Positions 28,292 through 38,063 of a stretch of DNA of 64,000 nt are shown here, piece after piece. Location: NCBI GenBank assembly GCA_963828165.1, contig CAWHDR010000002.1, positions 1-64,000 on the forward strand, given 5' to 3'. Each line of letters starts with the position of its first letter. The first letter of the stretch is position 1. A program made the position numbers and the translations under genes. Below the pieces are notes generated by a model that saw only the letters and a list, made by a program, of their open reading frames with translations, did not search any database and had not been told where the DNA came from. The DNA is from an uncultured Chloroflexia bacterium (lineage in GTDB: Bacteria; Chloroflexota; Limnocylindria; Limnocylindrales; CSP1-4).

Positions 28292-29719
28292 TCATCGCGG
28301 GTCGTGGTCGTGGTCGTGGTCGTGCGCCGCGTGGTCGTGCGCGCCGTGGTCGTGCGCTCCGTGGTCGTGGCCGGCCGTGCCCTCCGCGCCACCCACCTGG
28401 TCCTCGAGGTGCGGCATCGGCGGGTGCTCCGGATGGTCCGCCAGCCACGCATCCACGATCCGTTCGATGACCCGGCTCCGGCGTAACGTGCTGCGGATGA
28501 ACGACCGGCCCCGTTCCGAGGCGAAGTACTCCGTCAGCCGCTCGTCGCCAGCGTATCGCTCGCGGCCCAATGCGACCTCGGCGTCGACGTCCGCGTCGGT
28601 GACCTCGAGGCTCTCCTCGTCGGCGACCTTCGAGAGCACGAGCAGCGTCTTGGCCCGCTTCTCGGCGTTCGGGCGGAATTCGGCGTGGATGTCTTCGCTG
28701 GTCTTCTCGACGGCCTTGAAGTACGCCTCTTCTGTGATGCCCTGGCGCGCGAGCGAGGCCCGGAACTCATCGTGCATGACCTCGACCTCCTGGTCGATCA
28801 GCACGTCGGGCAGCTCGACCGTGGCGTTGGCCACCGCGTACTCGATGATCCGGTCCGCGAACCCATGCCGGGCGCGGTCGAGCGCGTTCTCCTCGAGCCG
28901 CTTGCGGATGTCGCCCCGCATCTCTTCGAGCGACCCGAACTGCCCGACGCTGGCGATGAAGTCCTCGTCGAGGTCGGGCTGGATCTTCTCGCGAAGCTCC
29001 TTGACCTCGACGCTGAAATGGGCGACTTGGCCGGCAAGCGCCGGCTCGCCGTAGTCCTCGGGGAACGTGATGTCGAACTCGGTCGTCTCGCCGACCTTGA
29101 CGCCGATGAGGTTCGTTTCGAACCCGGGGATGAGGCGCTCCTGGCCGATGATCAGCGGCATCCGCTCGGACGTACCGCCCTCGAACGGCTCGCCGTCCTT
29201 GGTGCCGATGAACGAGATCACCGCGTAGTCGCCGTCCTGGGCGCCGCGGTCCTCGACCGGCGCGAGGGTCGCGTTCTGGTCGCGCAGCTCCTCGACGACC
29301 TGGTCGACGCGGGCGTCGTCGATGACGTCGATCTCGGGCGCGAAGTTGAAGTTGCGATAGTCCCCGAGGGTCACCTCGGGGCGGACCGGGACCGTCGCCT
29401 TGAAGATGAGCGGCTTGCCCTCCTCGGCCTGGACCACCTCCACGTCGGCGTTGCTCAACGGCAGGATCGCCTCCTGGATGATCGCTTCGCGATAGGCGTC
29501 CTGCATCAGGTGATCGACCGCCTCGTCGAGCACGACACCAGGCCCCAGATGTCGCTCGAGGACCGGGCGTGGTGCCTTGCCCGGTCGGAAGCCGGGCACA
29601 CGGGTCCGCCGGGCAAGCGCTCGTACGGCGTCGTTCAGCGCTCGCTCGAGACGCTCCGGGGGCAGCTCGATCTCGAGCTGGACGGTGGACTTGGGGGCCG
29701 GGGTACGGGTGACCTGCAT
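28292..29719 (-). CDS. tig: Trigger factor with His-rich C-terminal tail
   Basis: PGFRPGK ribosome-binding motif, FKBP domain (IPGFE, FPEDY), tig-clpP-clpX order. Confidence 0.96.
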   Translation of the reverse strand: MQVTRTPAPKSTVQLEIELPPERLERALNDAVRALARRTRVPGFRPGKAPRPVLERHLGPGVVLDEAVDHLMQDAYREAIIQEAILPLSNADVEVVQAEEGKPLIFKATVPVRPEVTLGDYRNFNFAPEIDVIDDARVDQVVEELRDQNATLAPVEDRGAQDGDYAVISFIGTKDGEPFEGGTSERMPLIIGQERLIPGFETNLIGVKVGETTEFDITFPEDYGEPALAGQVAHFSVEVKELREKIQPDLDEDFIASVGQFGSLEEMRGDIRKRLEENALDRARHGFADRIIEYAVANATVELPDVLIDQEVEVMHDEFRASLARQGITEEAYFKAVEKTSEDIHAEFRPNAEKRAKTLLVLSKVADEESLEVTDADVDAEVALGRERYAGDERLTEYFASERGRSFIRSTLRRSRVIERIVDAWLADHPEHPPMPHLEDQVGGAEGTAGHDHGAHDHGAHDHAAHDHDHDHDPR

Positions 29720-29813
29720 CGCCGGGAAGTATAGGGCGGTGACCTGGTTCGGGCGGCCTGCGGGACCGTGACCCTGCGGCCGGGTGCCGAGTATGCCCGC
29801 TACACTCTGCGAC

Positions 29814-29901
29814 GGGCGAGTGGCGGAATGGCAGACGCGCCGGCTTTAGGAGCCGGTGCTGCGTGAGCAGCGTGTCGGTTCGACCCCGACCTCGCCTACC
29901 A
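29814..29901 (+). tRNA. tRNA-Leu (anticodon TAG), CCA encoded
   Basis: GGGCGAG/CTCGCCT acceptor stem, TGGCGGAATGGCAGACGC D-arm, CCGGC-TTTAGGA-GCCGG anticodon arm, long variable arm, GGTTCGAC T-loop, ACCA end. TACACT 7 nt upstream. Confidence 0.96.
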
Positions 29902-29946
29902 CCCCGCGGGCGGCGCCGATGCGACTCCGCGGCTGGTCTCATGGCG

Positions 29947-30594
29947 TCAGATGCCGGTTGGGGCTGTCTCGTCGGCCGGGCTCGCGGGGTTGCCGTCCTC
30001 GTGTTCCTGTCTGCGGACGCGCGCGATCCGTTCCTGGGCGGAAGCGCCGGCCCGTTGGGCACCGTCCCGTGCTCGCCCGACCCCTTGCCCGGCCCGTTCT
30101 CGGGCTTCGTTCAGACGCGCCGGGACCCCTTCCGAATCCGGGCTGAACAGGGCGTCGCCGATCGCCTTCGCGGTACGTCCGAGGAGGGGTCGAGCCACCG
30201 ACAGGAGCAGGATGCTCTTGAGGCCCTCTCGTTCCTTGTGCGCCTTCTTGGCGTAGTCGGCGAAGTCGCGCTCCAGCGCCGCGCCAACCTTCTCGCCGTC
30301 GTCACCAAGCTTGCGCAGCGTCTTCTCGACCTCTGGCGGCAGCATGCGCTTGGGCATGGGCTCGGGCTCTCCCCAGATCGCTCGCCGAACGGCCCTGAAG
30401 GTGCGCTGCGGACCCTTGAGCGCAAGGAAGCCGACTGCCGCAACGACGCCGACGGCCTTGGCCGGACTCTCCCGGACCCGTGCCGGGATGTCGACGGCCG
30501 CGCGCCCAGACGCCCCGAGCTGCTCGAGCTGCGTCTCGAATTCGGCCCGAGCCGCTAGGACCCGGTCCCGGGCGGCATCTTGCTCTGTAGCCAC
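29947..30594 (-). CDS. Hypothetical protein (DUF3618/YqjK-like, helical with one hydrophobic segment)
   Basis: RDRVLAARAEF..LEQL N-terminus; overlaps the upstream membrane-protein gene. Confidence 0.65.
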   Translation of the reverse strand: MATEQDAARDRVLAARAEFETQLEQLGASGRAAVDIPARVRESPAKAVGVVAAVGFLALKGPQRTFRAVRRAIWGEPEPMPKRMLPPEVEKTLRKLGDDGEKVGAALERDFADYAKKAHKEREGLKSILLLSVARPLLGRTAKAIGDALFSPDSEGVPARLNEARERAGQGVGRARDGAQRAGASAQERIARVRRQEHEDGNPASPADETAPTGI

Positions 30595-31398
30595 GTGAGG
30601 GTCTCCTTGCTGGTCTCGATCGTGTGGGTCGGGAGGAACCGGGCCTTGAGCACGTCGAGATCGACACCGGTCCGGGCGATGTCGGCGCCCATCAGTCCGA
30701 TCCAGGTGAGGTAGCCCACGGCGATGCCGATGCCGGCCCCGACCTGTGGTCCGGTGTTGACGGCCGTTACGGCGCCGACGAGTGCGCCGAGGACGACGCC
30801 ACCGAGCAACGCCCCGACGCGTCCGGCCCCGTCGGTCGCGCGCAGGGCCCCGACGAGGCCGCCGATCAGCCCGATGACCGCCCAGATGACCGCCCCGACG
30901 ACCAGCGGCCGGACACCAGCCTCGATCCCGGGCAGCGCGGCGTCACCGATGGCCGTATACAGCCGGTTTGGAAGCGCCAGCGCCATCAGCACGGACACAC
31001 CGACGGCCACCAGCAGGCCAAGGATGAATGCCCGGCCGATCCGCGCTCCGCTCATCCCGACCACGGCGAGGCCACAGGCCACCGCGATAGCCGTGAGCAG
31101 CAGCACCCCGTGAAGGACGCCCCAGCCCATCGAGCCCAGGAGCCACTCTCCCAGGAACAGCGATGAGCCGATGAACAGGAGGATGACGGCGAGGAGGCCG
31201 ACCGCGATCGCGATCGCGACGAAAACGACGACCTTGGCGATCTCGCTCTTGATCGCCGCCGCCTCGGCCTTCGCCAGGTCGATGTGGGCCGTCGCGAGGC
31301 GCACCGCGGATCCACGGGTGGAACGCAGCTGGGCGAATAGCCCCGGCGGCTTGGGCTTGTGCTCGGGCTGGCGAGGGTCGTCCAGGGTCCTGCTCCAT
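30555..31398 (-). CDS. YqjE/phage-holin-like membrane protein; start uncertain, possible extra base near 31386
   Basis: RLATAHIDLAKAE followed by TM helices and PTHTIETSKETLTWL. Removing one base joins ATG 31398 in frame. Confidence 0.7.
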
Positions 31399-31518
31399 CG
31401 CGGGCTTGAGGAGTACCGCCGGCTGGGACCGGGGCCGGCGGCGATGATAGCAGCGCTCGGATGACGCACGGCCACGAGTCGACCCCGGTCACCTCGCAGG
31501 ACCGTTACGCTGGCGCGC

Positions 31519-32736
31519 ATGTCCGAGCCACCGCCGATCCGTCGCATCCTGACTGCGGAGCTGCTCAGCATCGGCTCGGAGCTGACGGTCGGGGAGACCC
31601 GCGACACCAACGCCGCGGAGCTGGCTCGCTCCCTGACCGACGCAGGCGTGACCGTCGGCCGGATCACCGCCCTCCCCGATCGACTCGAGCTGGTCGCGGA
31701 CGCGTTCGCCACCGGGTTGGGACGCGTCGACCTCGTCGTCAGCACCGGCGGCCTCGGACCGACACCCGACGACCTCACCCGCGAGGCGATCGCCCGAGTG
31801 TGGGGTGAGACCCCCGTCGTGGACCCGGACCTCGAGCGCTGGCTGCGCGACCTGTGGGCACGCCGCAACATCCCGTTCCCAGAGGCCAATCTCAAGCAGG
31901 CCTGGCGGATCCCCTCAGGCGAGCCCCTGCCCAACCCGAACGGCACGGCCCCGGGCTGGTTCGTTTCGGGGGGGGACGGGCGGGTCGCCATCGCCCTGCC
32001 CGGCCCGCCGCGCGAGATGCGACCGATGTGGGCCGACCATGCCCTCCCCCGCCTGCGAACCCACGGGCTCGGTGCGGACGTCGCGGTGCGGACATTTCGC
32101 TTGATGGGGATCGGCGAGTCGCAGGTCGCGGAGATCCTGGGTGAGCCGATGCTTCGCAACACCAACCCGGAGGTCGCGACCTACGCTCGGGCCGAGGCGG
32201 TCGACGTCCGGATCAGCGCTCTGACCCAGCGCGATCCGACGGGTGTGACCAGGACGGCGGAGGCTCTCGTCGAGGACGCCGCCGCAACGGTCACGGAGCG
32301 GCTTTCGGCGAACATCTGGGCCGAGGGCGACCAGACCTGGGCGGGTGCGATCGGGGCGCGATTGGCGCACCGGGGCTGGCGCCTTGGGCTCGTCGAGATC
32401 GGCACGGGCGGGCAGCTGATGAGCCTGCTTGGCGACGTCGACTGGATCGGCCTCGCCGAGGCCCGCCCCGACGACGGGGCGATCGAACGTGAGTCCGAGT
32501 CCTCCCTGACCGAACTCGCCCACGCGATCCGGATGCGGGCGGGAGTTGAGGTCGGGTTGGCGGTCCGCGCCCGCGAGCGTGGTGGCGACACGGCCGTGAC
32601 CGTGGTGGTCGTGACCGCTGATTCGGAGCACCGCGAGACGCGCCGCGCATTCCTGGGCGGGAGTCACGGTCGCACCCGCGCGGCCCTGACCGCGGCCGGC
32701 GTGCTGTTCACGATGCTGCGGGACGGCGCGGAGTGA
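31519..32736 (+). CDS. cinA: CinA-like competence/damage-inducible protein
   Basis: IGSEL..DTN, TGGLGPTPDDLTRE, NPNGTAPG, LPGPPREM; degenerate C-terminal PncC-like domain (EIGTGG). Confidence 0.9.
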   Translation: MSEPPPIRRILTAELLSIGSELTVGETRDTNAAELARSLTDAGVTVGRITALPDRLELVADAFATGLGRVDLVVSTGGLGPTPDDLTREAIARVWGETPVVDPDLERWLRDLWARRNIPFPEANLKQAWRIPSGEPLPNPNGTAPGWFVSGGDGRVAIALPGPPREMRPMWADHALPRLRTHGLGADVAVRTFRLMGIGESQVAEILGEPMLRNTNPEVATYARAEAVDVRISALTQRDPTGVTRTAEALVEDAAATVTERLSANIWAEGDQTWAGAIGARLAHRGWRLGLVEIGTGGQLMSLLGDVDWIGLAEARPDDGAIERESESSLTELAHAIRMRAGVEVGLAVRARERGGDTAVTVVVVTADSEHRETRRAFLGGSHGRTRAALTAAGVLFTMLRDGAE

Positions 32737-32774
32737 GCGATCAGATCACCCGTGCGGCGTCCCGTGGCAGCCGC

Positions 32775-33473
32775 TCATCGGCGCGCGGTCGCGCCCAGGC
32801 CCTCCAGGTCGGTGACCACGATGGCGTCACGCTCGAGCCGGATCAGCCCGTCATCGGTGAATTGGCCCAGGAGCTTGTTCACGCTCTGGCGCGTGCAGCC
32901 GACCATCGCCGCAAGATCCGCCTGGGTCAGGTTCGTCCGAAGCCGAAGCGAGCCGTCCCCGAGCGGCAGCCCGCCGTCCTGCGCGAGCCTGACCAGCTGG
33001 GCCGCGAGGCGCCCGGTGATGTCGAGGAAGTGCAGCTCCTCGACGTGCGTGGTGAGGCGCCGGAGCTCGCCCGCGATCGAGGCCAACAGGGCATCGCGGA
33101 CGCCCGCTTCCGTGGCGATGAGTTCCCGGAACCGGTCGCGCGGCAGGATGACCGTCTCGGTCGGCGTGAGGGCCGTGGCGCTGGCCGACCGCGGTGCCCC
33201 GTCCAGCAAGGCCAGCTCGCCGAAGACGTCGCCGGGTCGAAGGGTGGCCAGGATGGCCTCGTCCCCGGTCTCCGACGGCAGGGAGATCTTGACCTCACCG
33301 CTGACGATGACGAACAGGGCGTCCCCCGGGTCGCCGACATGGAAGATGACCTCGCCGCGTCGGAAGCGACGCGATCGCATGCTCGCAGCAAGCCGATCGA
33401 GGGCCTCTGGCTCCAGCCCGCCGAAGAACGGGATCGCGGCGAGCGACGCGAGGACCGGCCGAGGGCTGAGCAT
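32775..33473 (-). CDS. Crp/Fnr-family transcriptional regulator
   Basis: FGELALLDGAPRSASA cNMP-binding cassette; HTH LTQADLAAMVGCTRQSVNKLL. Confidence 0.93.
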   Translation of the reverse strand: MLSPRPVLASLAAIPFFGGLEPEALDRLAASMRSRRFRRGEVIFHVGDPGDALFVIVSGEVKISLPSETGDEAILATLRPGDVFGELALLDGAPRSASATALTPTETVILPRDRFRELIATEAGVRDALLASIAGELRRLTTHVEELHFLDITGRLAAQLVRLAQDGGLPLGDGSLRLRTNLTQADLAAMVGCTRQSVNKLLGQFTDDGLIRLERDAIVVTDLEGLGATARR

Positions 33474-33479
33474 GACCGC

Positions 33480-33539
33480 ATCCTATCTTGGCGGATGTCA
33501 CGTAGGCGACATGCGAACCGAGCGCGGCGGCCCTAGCAT
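33480..33539. promoter_or_regulatory. Divergent promoters sharing a CRP/CooA-type box
   Basis: TGTCA-CGTAGG-CGACA at 33496-33511; -10 TAGGAT (minus, 33480-33485) and TAGCAT (plus, 33534-33539). Confidence 0.7.
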
Positions 33540-33547
33540 TTCCCGTG

Positions 33548-34408
33548 ATGACTGACTCCCCGGGCGCGCGCCTCCGTCTGACCGTGCTCGGCTGCAGCTC
33601 AGCCGCGCCCCATGAGGCCACCCCGGCCGCCGGGTTCCTCGTGCAATGGGAGGACACGAACCTGTTGCTCGACGTCGGACAGGGGGTCGTCAGAAATCTC
33701 CAGAAGCTCCTCGATCCGCATGAGCTCACGGCCATCGTCATCGGCCACATGCATGCGGACCATTTCCTGGATCTCGTCGGCCTTCGCTACCTGTATCCGT
33801 GGGGCGAGCCCGCCCCCGAACCGCTGCCCGTCCATCTGCCGACCGGCGGTCGAGCTCGTCTCGATGCCCTGTCGGTCGCGGTGAGCGAGCGCGACGGGTT
33901 CTTCGATGCGGCCTTCGACGCCGTCGAATACGACCCTGCCATGGAACTTCGGGTGGGCGACCTGCGATTGCGCTTCTTCCGCGGCCGGCACTACGTCCCT
34001 GCCTGGGGCGTGGTCGTCGAAGCGCCGGACGGCGCTCGCCTGGCGTACACGGGTGACACCGGGCCGTCGGGCGCCGTGGAGGATGCCGTCCGCGACGCCG
34101 ATCTTCTGCTCGTGGAGACCGCGCTCAGGTCGGCGCAGGACGACGATCTCGAGCGTGGCCACCTGACGGGCGACGAGGCGATCGCGCTCGCCCGATCGGC
34201 CGGGGTCCGTTCCGCTCTGCTCGTCCACTTCAATCCCGATCGCCTGGCCGAGCTCGAGGCGACGTGCGCGGCCGCAGGGTCGTGGGTACGCCCTGCCGTC
34301 GACGGCCTGACATTGACTGTGAGTCCCGCTCGGAGCGGGTCGGGTGTCAACGGCTCGCCGGCCCCGGATGCCATCGCCGACGCGGCCTCGGAGCCCAGTC
34401 CCGCCTAG
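33548..34408 (+). CDS. MBL-fold metallohydrolase (RNase Z/phosphodiesterase-like)
   Basis: LTVLGC, LLDVG, HMHADH, H(YVP), YTGDT, GHLT, LVH. Confidence 0.9.
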   Translation: MTDSPGARLRLTVLGCSSAAPHEATPAAGFLVQWEDTNLLLDVGQGVVRNLQKLLDPHELTAIVIGHMHADHFLDLVGLRYLYPWGEPAPEPLPVHLPTGGRARLDALSVAVSERDGFFDAAFDAVEYDPAMELRVGDLRLRFFRGRHYVPAWGVVVEAPDGARLAYTGDTGPSGAVEDAVRDADLLLVETALRSAQDDDLERGHLTGDEAIALARSAGVRSALLVHFNPDRLAELEATCAAAGSWVRPAVDGLTLTVSPARSGSGVNGSPAPDAIADAASEPSPA

Positions 34409-36531
34409 CCGCCGCCTGGCCCGGCCGAGGCCGCGGTCAGCGCTTTCGCGGCGCGCGCGAGATCGGCCGCCGCGGCAGCGGGATCCGCGGTCGCATTGAG
34501 CTCGCCGGCCTGCTGCCAGAACGCCGCGGCCTCCGATGCCGCCCCCAAAGCCAGCGCCGACTCGGCCGCCTCACGCAGCAGCGGAAGGGCTCGGTTCGCG
34601 TCGCCCGCTGCCACCCGATGCGTGGCGATCTGTCCCGGGGCCGCAGCCCGTGGCGGAAGGCCCTCCAGGTGGTCGGCCAAGCGGGCGTGGAGCGTGCGTC
34701 GCCGGCTCCCCAGCAAGCCCGCGTAGGCGGCATCGCGGATGAGTCCATGCGCGAACCGCCACTTCCCATCGTCAGCCCGCCGGATCAGGGCCGATTCGGC
34801 CAGGCGGTCCAACGTCCCGGGCGGCAGGGGGTCGCTGAGCAGCTGCTCGACCAGGTCCTGGCCGAACGTGATCCCGATGATCGAGGCCACGCCCAACGCC
34901 TCCCGCCCGGAGGGCTCCAGGGCATCGATCCGGGCGCCCAGCACGGCCCGCAGCGTCACCGGCACGCGGGGTGATCCGGTGTCGGTCATCGCGACCCGGC
35001 CATCACGCCACTCGAGCGTCCCGTCCTCCAGGAACGCGCGCACCGTCTCCCCGATGAAGAGCGGATTGCCGGCCGTCCGCTCATGGATGCTGCGGATGCC
35101 GTCGGCGTCCACCGCGGCCCTGGCCACCAACGTGGCGAGCCGGGCGGTCTCCGGCTCGGCGAGGCCGCGCAGGTCGATGCGCTGGACGTCGGGGCGGTCG
35201 ACCCAACCCGGGAGCGCGGTGGGTCGCGTGCCCGCGAACACGATCAACGGACGGTCGGCCGTGGCCTCCACCAGCAGCTCCGCGAGCGTGACACTGGACG
35301 GGTCCAGCCAATGCAGGTCGTCGATGATGACCGCACGCGGCCCGGCGATGGTGAGGAGCCGGTCGACGTAGCGCCTCGCGACATCCGTGAGCGCGCTCGC
35401 AACCTCGGTCGGGTCGCTGGGCGCGTACGGAGCCTCCTCTTCCCAGCCCGTGAACGAGGCGTCCCGGGCGATCGCCGCGATCGCGCCCCCGAAGCGGCGG
35501 GCATCGTCGGGCGCGAGGTCGTCGGTGAAGAGCAGGCGTCGAACGAAGGTGCCCGAGTCGACACCGTGCTCGTCGGCGACGGTCTGCGCGAACAATCGGC
35601 CGAACCGGTACGGCTCGCCCTTCCCATACGAGACGTTCTCCGTCCAGGTCCACGCGAGGCCGGCAGCGCGGGCATGGGCTTCTGCGGCGGCCAGCAAGCG
35701 CGACTTGCCCATGCCGGCCTCACCGACGACGACGACGATGCCGCCGTGCCCGGTCTGCTGGCACCGGTCGATCGCATCCGTCAGGACGGCCAGCTCCTCG
35801 GTCCGACCGACCAGCGGACCCGGCGCGACCGCGCGGAACGGGATCCAGGCGCCCGTCCCGGCCTCGCCCCGCAGGACATGGAGGGTCACCGGCGTCGACT
35901 GGCCACGCAGGACGACCGAACCACGTTCTTCGGTGGCGAGGCGGCCACGCGCCGCGGCCACCGTCGCTCCCTCGAGCAGGATCTCGCCGGGTCGCGCGAG
36001 TGACTGGATGCGAGCCGCGGTGGTGATCGCCTCGCCGATCAGGCCCAGATCGCCGCCGGAGGCCGAGCCGCTCGCGACGACCTCGCCCGTGGCGATCCCG
36101 ATACGGACCTCCATGGGCTCGCCACCGTCCGCGACGTCGTGCAACCCGGCGCGGATGGCCATCGCGGCGAGCGACGCTCGCACGGCGTCATCATCGTGAC
36201 CGCGCGGCCAGCCGAACACCGCGAAGACCGCATCCCCGATGAATTTCTCGCGCGTGCCGCCGAATCGTTCGATCGCGTCGCCCATCGTGGCAAGCGCGAC
36301 CGTGACCCGGGTCCGGACTTCCTCGGGATCGTGCTCGGCGATCATCCGGACGTAGTCGACGAGGTCCGCGAAGAGCGCCGTGACGATGCGTCGGTCGCCG
36401 TGTGCCTCTTCGGGCGGTCGTGCGGGCGAGCGGCTCGATTCGGTGGTGACCGCGGCGTCGAACGGGCTGCCACAGCGATCGCAGAAGCGGGCACGCTCTG
36501 CTCCCTGGGCCCCGCACGACGCACAGCGCAT
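34405..36531 (-). CDS. Zinc-ribbon, class III nucleotidyl cyclase, AAA ATPase and TPR-like multidomain protein
   Basis: CASCG..FCDRCG; LFADL, EKFIGD, RIGIATG, AARIQ; GEAGMGKS, DDLHWLD, AGNPLF. Confidence 0.9.
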   Translation of the reverse strand: MRCASCGAQGAERARFCDRCGSPFDAAVTTESSRSPARPPEEAHGDRRIVTALFADLVDYVRMIAEHDPEEVRTRVTVALATMGDAIERFGGTREKFIGDAVFAVFGWPRGHDDDAVRASLAAMAIRAGLHDVADGGEPMEVRIGIATGEVVASGSASGGDLGLIGEAITTAARIQSLARPGEILLEGATVAAARGRLATEERGSVVLRGQSTPVTLHVLRGEAGTGAWIPFRAVAPGPLVGRTEELAVLTDAIDRCQQTGHGGIVVVVGEAGMGKSRLLAAAEAHARAAGLAWTWTENVSYGKGEPYRFGRLFAQTVADEHGVDSGTFVRRLLFTDDLAPDDARRFGGAIAAIARDASFTGWEEEAPYAPSDPTEVASALTDVARRYVDRLLTIAGPRAVIIDDLHWLDPSSVTLAELLVEATADRPLIVFAGTRPTALPGWVDRPDVQRIDLRGLAEPETARLATLVARAAVDADGIRSIHERTAGNPLFIGETVRAFLEDGTLEWRDGRVAMTDTGSPRVPVTLRAVLGARIDALEPSGREALGVASIIGITFGQDLVEQLLSDPLPPGTLDRLAESALIRRADDGKWRFAHGLIRDAAYAGLLGSRRRTLHARLADHLEGLPPRAAAPGQIATHRVAAGDANRALPLLREAAESALALGAASEAAAFWQQAGELNATADPAAAAADLARAAKALTAASAGPGGG

Positions 36532-36548
36532 GCTCGGGCCCCGGCGGC

Positions 36549-37628
36549 TCAGGAGATCGAGATGAGCGGTCTGGCGGCGGCGGTCGCGGCCCGCACGCTC
36601 ATGCGCGCAGCCACCGTCTGGGCGACGGCGGTCAGCGCAAGGGCTGCGGGCCCTGGCTCGCGTTGGGCGACGGCCGGCACGCCGACGTCCCCACCCTGGC
36701 GCACGGTGATATCGAGCGGCACGCCGCCAAGGTACTCCAGCCCGTGCTTGGCGGCGAAGCGTTCCCCGCCGCCACGACCGAAGATCTCGGTCAATTCGCC
36801 GCAATGCGGACAGGCGAACGCCGTCATGTTCTCGACGACGCCGAGCACGGGCACGCTCATCCGCTGGAACATCGCGAGCGCCTTCGTGACGTCGCTCAGC
36901 GAAACCTCCTGGGGCGTCGTGACGAGGACCGCGCCGCTGATCGGGACAGCCTGGGCAAGCGTCAACTGGGCGTCAGACGTGCCGGGCGGCAGGTCGATGA
37001 CGAGGTAATCGAGCTCGCCCCACTCGACATCGCGCAGGAACTGCTGGATGGCTCCACCGACGAGCGGCCCGCGCCACACGATGGGCTGGCCCTCCGGCAC
37101 GAAGAACTGGATCGAGATCGTCTTGACGCCGTAGCGCTCGAGCGGCGTGATCTTGTTGTTGGCGCTGGCCTTCGGCTGGCCTTCGATACCCATCATCAGC
37201 GGGATGTTCGGGCCCGTGATATCGCCGTCGAGCAGGCCGACCGTGGCTCCCGCCTGCGCGAGGGCCACGGCCAGATTGACGCTGACCGTGCTCTTGCCGA
37301 CGCCACCCTTGCCGGACGCCACGGCGATGATGTTCTTCACCCCGGGAACGAGTTGCTCGGCCTGGCGCGGCGAGGCCCGTCGGACCATCGCGCCCCACGT
37401 GATCTGGACGTCGCTGACGCCGATCCCGGCGAGGACCGATCGGGTGTTGCCCTCGATCTCGTCCTTCAGCGGACAGGCCGGGGTCGTGAGCTCGATCGTG
37501 AAGGCAACGGCGTCGCCGTCGATGACGATCGACTTGACCATGTCCAGGGTCACGATGTCGCGACCCAGTTCCGGTTCCTGGACGGCGCGGAGCGCGTCGA
37601 GGACTGCCCCTTCGGTGATGACGGTCAT
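36549..37628 (-). CDS. mrp: Mrp/NBP35 (ApbC) iron-sulfur cluster carrier ATPase
   Basis: DUF59 N-domain (TTPACP), SGKGGVGKST, WRGP, DLPPGT, ENM..CPHC. Confidence 0.95.
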   Translation of the reverse strand: MTVITEGAVLDALRAVQEPELGRDIVTLDMVKSIVIDGDAVAFTIELTTPACPLKDEIEGNTRSVLAGIGVSDVQITWGAMVRRASPRQAEQLVPGVKNIIAVASGKGGVGKSTVSVNLAVALAQAGATVGLLDGDITGPNIPLMMGIEGQPKASANNKITPLERYGVKTISIQFFVPEGQPIVWRGPLVGGAIQQFLRDVEWGELDYLVIDLPPGTSDAQLTLAQAVPISGAVLVTTPQEVSLSDVTKALAMFQRMSVPVLGVVENMTAFACPHCGELTEIFGRGGGERFAAKHGLEYLGGVPLDITVRQGGDVGVPAVAQREPGPAALALTAVAQTVAARMSVRAATAAARPLISIS

Positions 37629-37917
37629 GCCTTGGTCGGGACCTCGTTCTGACACAGGAAACGTCGATATCGTACCGCGCCCACGGGAAGTGGCCCGGCA
37701 GTGGGGTCCCGGCGACCTACGCAGCGCCGACCTCGTTATCGACGGCGCCGGTCATTCGACGAGCTGGTCGAAGCCGAGACCCGCCTGGACGACCTTCAAG
37801 CCCTGGAGCTTCGGCGGCGACTCAATCCGCGAGACGGATGCGAAGCCCGAGGCGTAGGCGGCCATCGGCCACGAATCTCGCACGACCCAAGGCGTGTGAT
37901 CCGCGCATCCCGCGTCC

Positions 37918-37947
37918 TTGACACTCCGCGCGATGCGCCCATATCCT
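37918..37947 (+). promoter_or_regulatory. Sigma70-type promoter of the pot-like operon
   Basis: TTGACA-N18-TATCCT. Confidence 0.6.
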
Positions 37948-38063
37948 CGGCCGCATCCGATGTCCGGGTGCTCGAGTCGGACCGTGTCGTGGAGGAACGC
38001 GCGGACGGGCACCTCGCGTCCCCGCGTGGACGCCCCAGCCCACGCCCAGGAGTGCGAACGAAC

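Noticed and set aside
29814-31398. Prophage or island integrated at tRNA-Leu, suggested by the holin-like gene
   Set aside because: No integrase, no duplicated tRNA 3' end seen and no phage genes; YqjE-like plus DUF3618-like pairs are ordinary chromosomal genes.
30555-32165. 536-aa ORF as one protein
   Set aside because: The upstream half is antisense to cinA; only the part from about 31398 downward looks coding.
33548-36531. Pycsar- or CBASS-type anti-phage system
   Set aside because: No TIR or TM effector; the cyclase has the common zinc-ribbon/AAA signalling architecture and sits among housekeeping genes.
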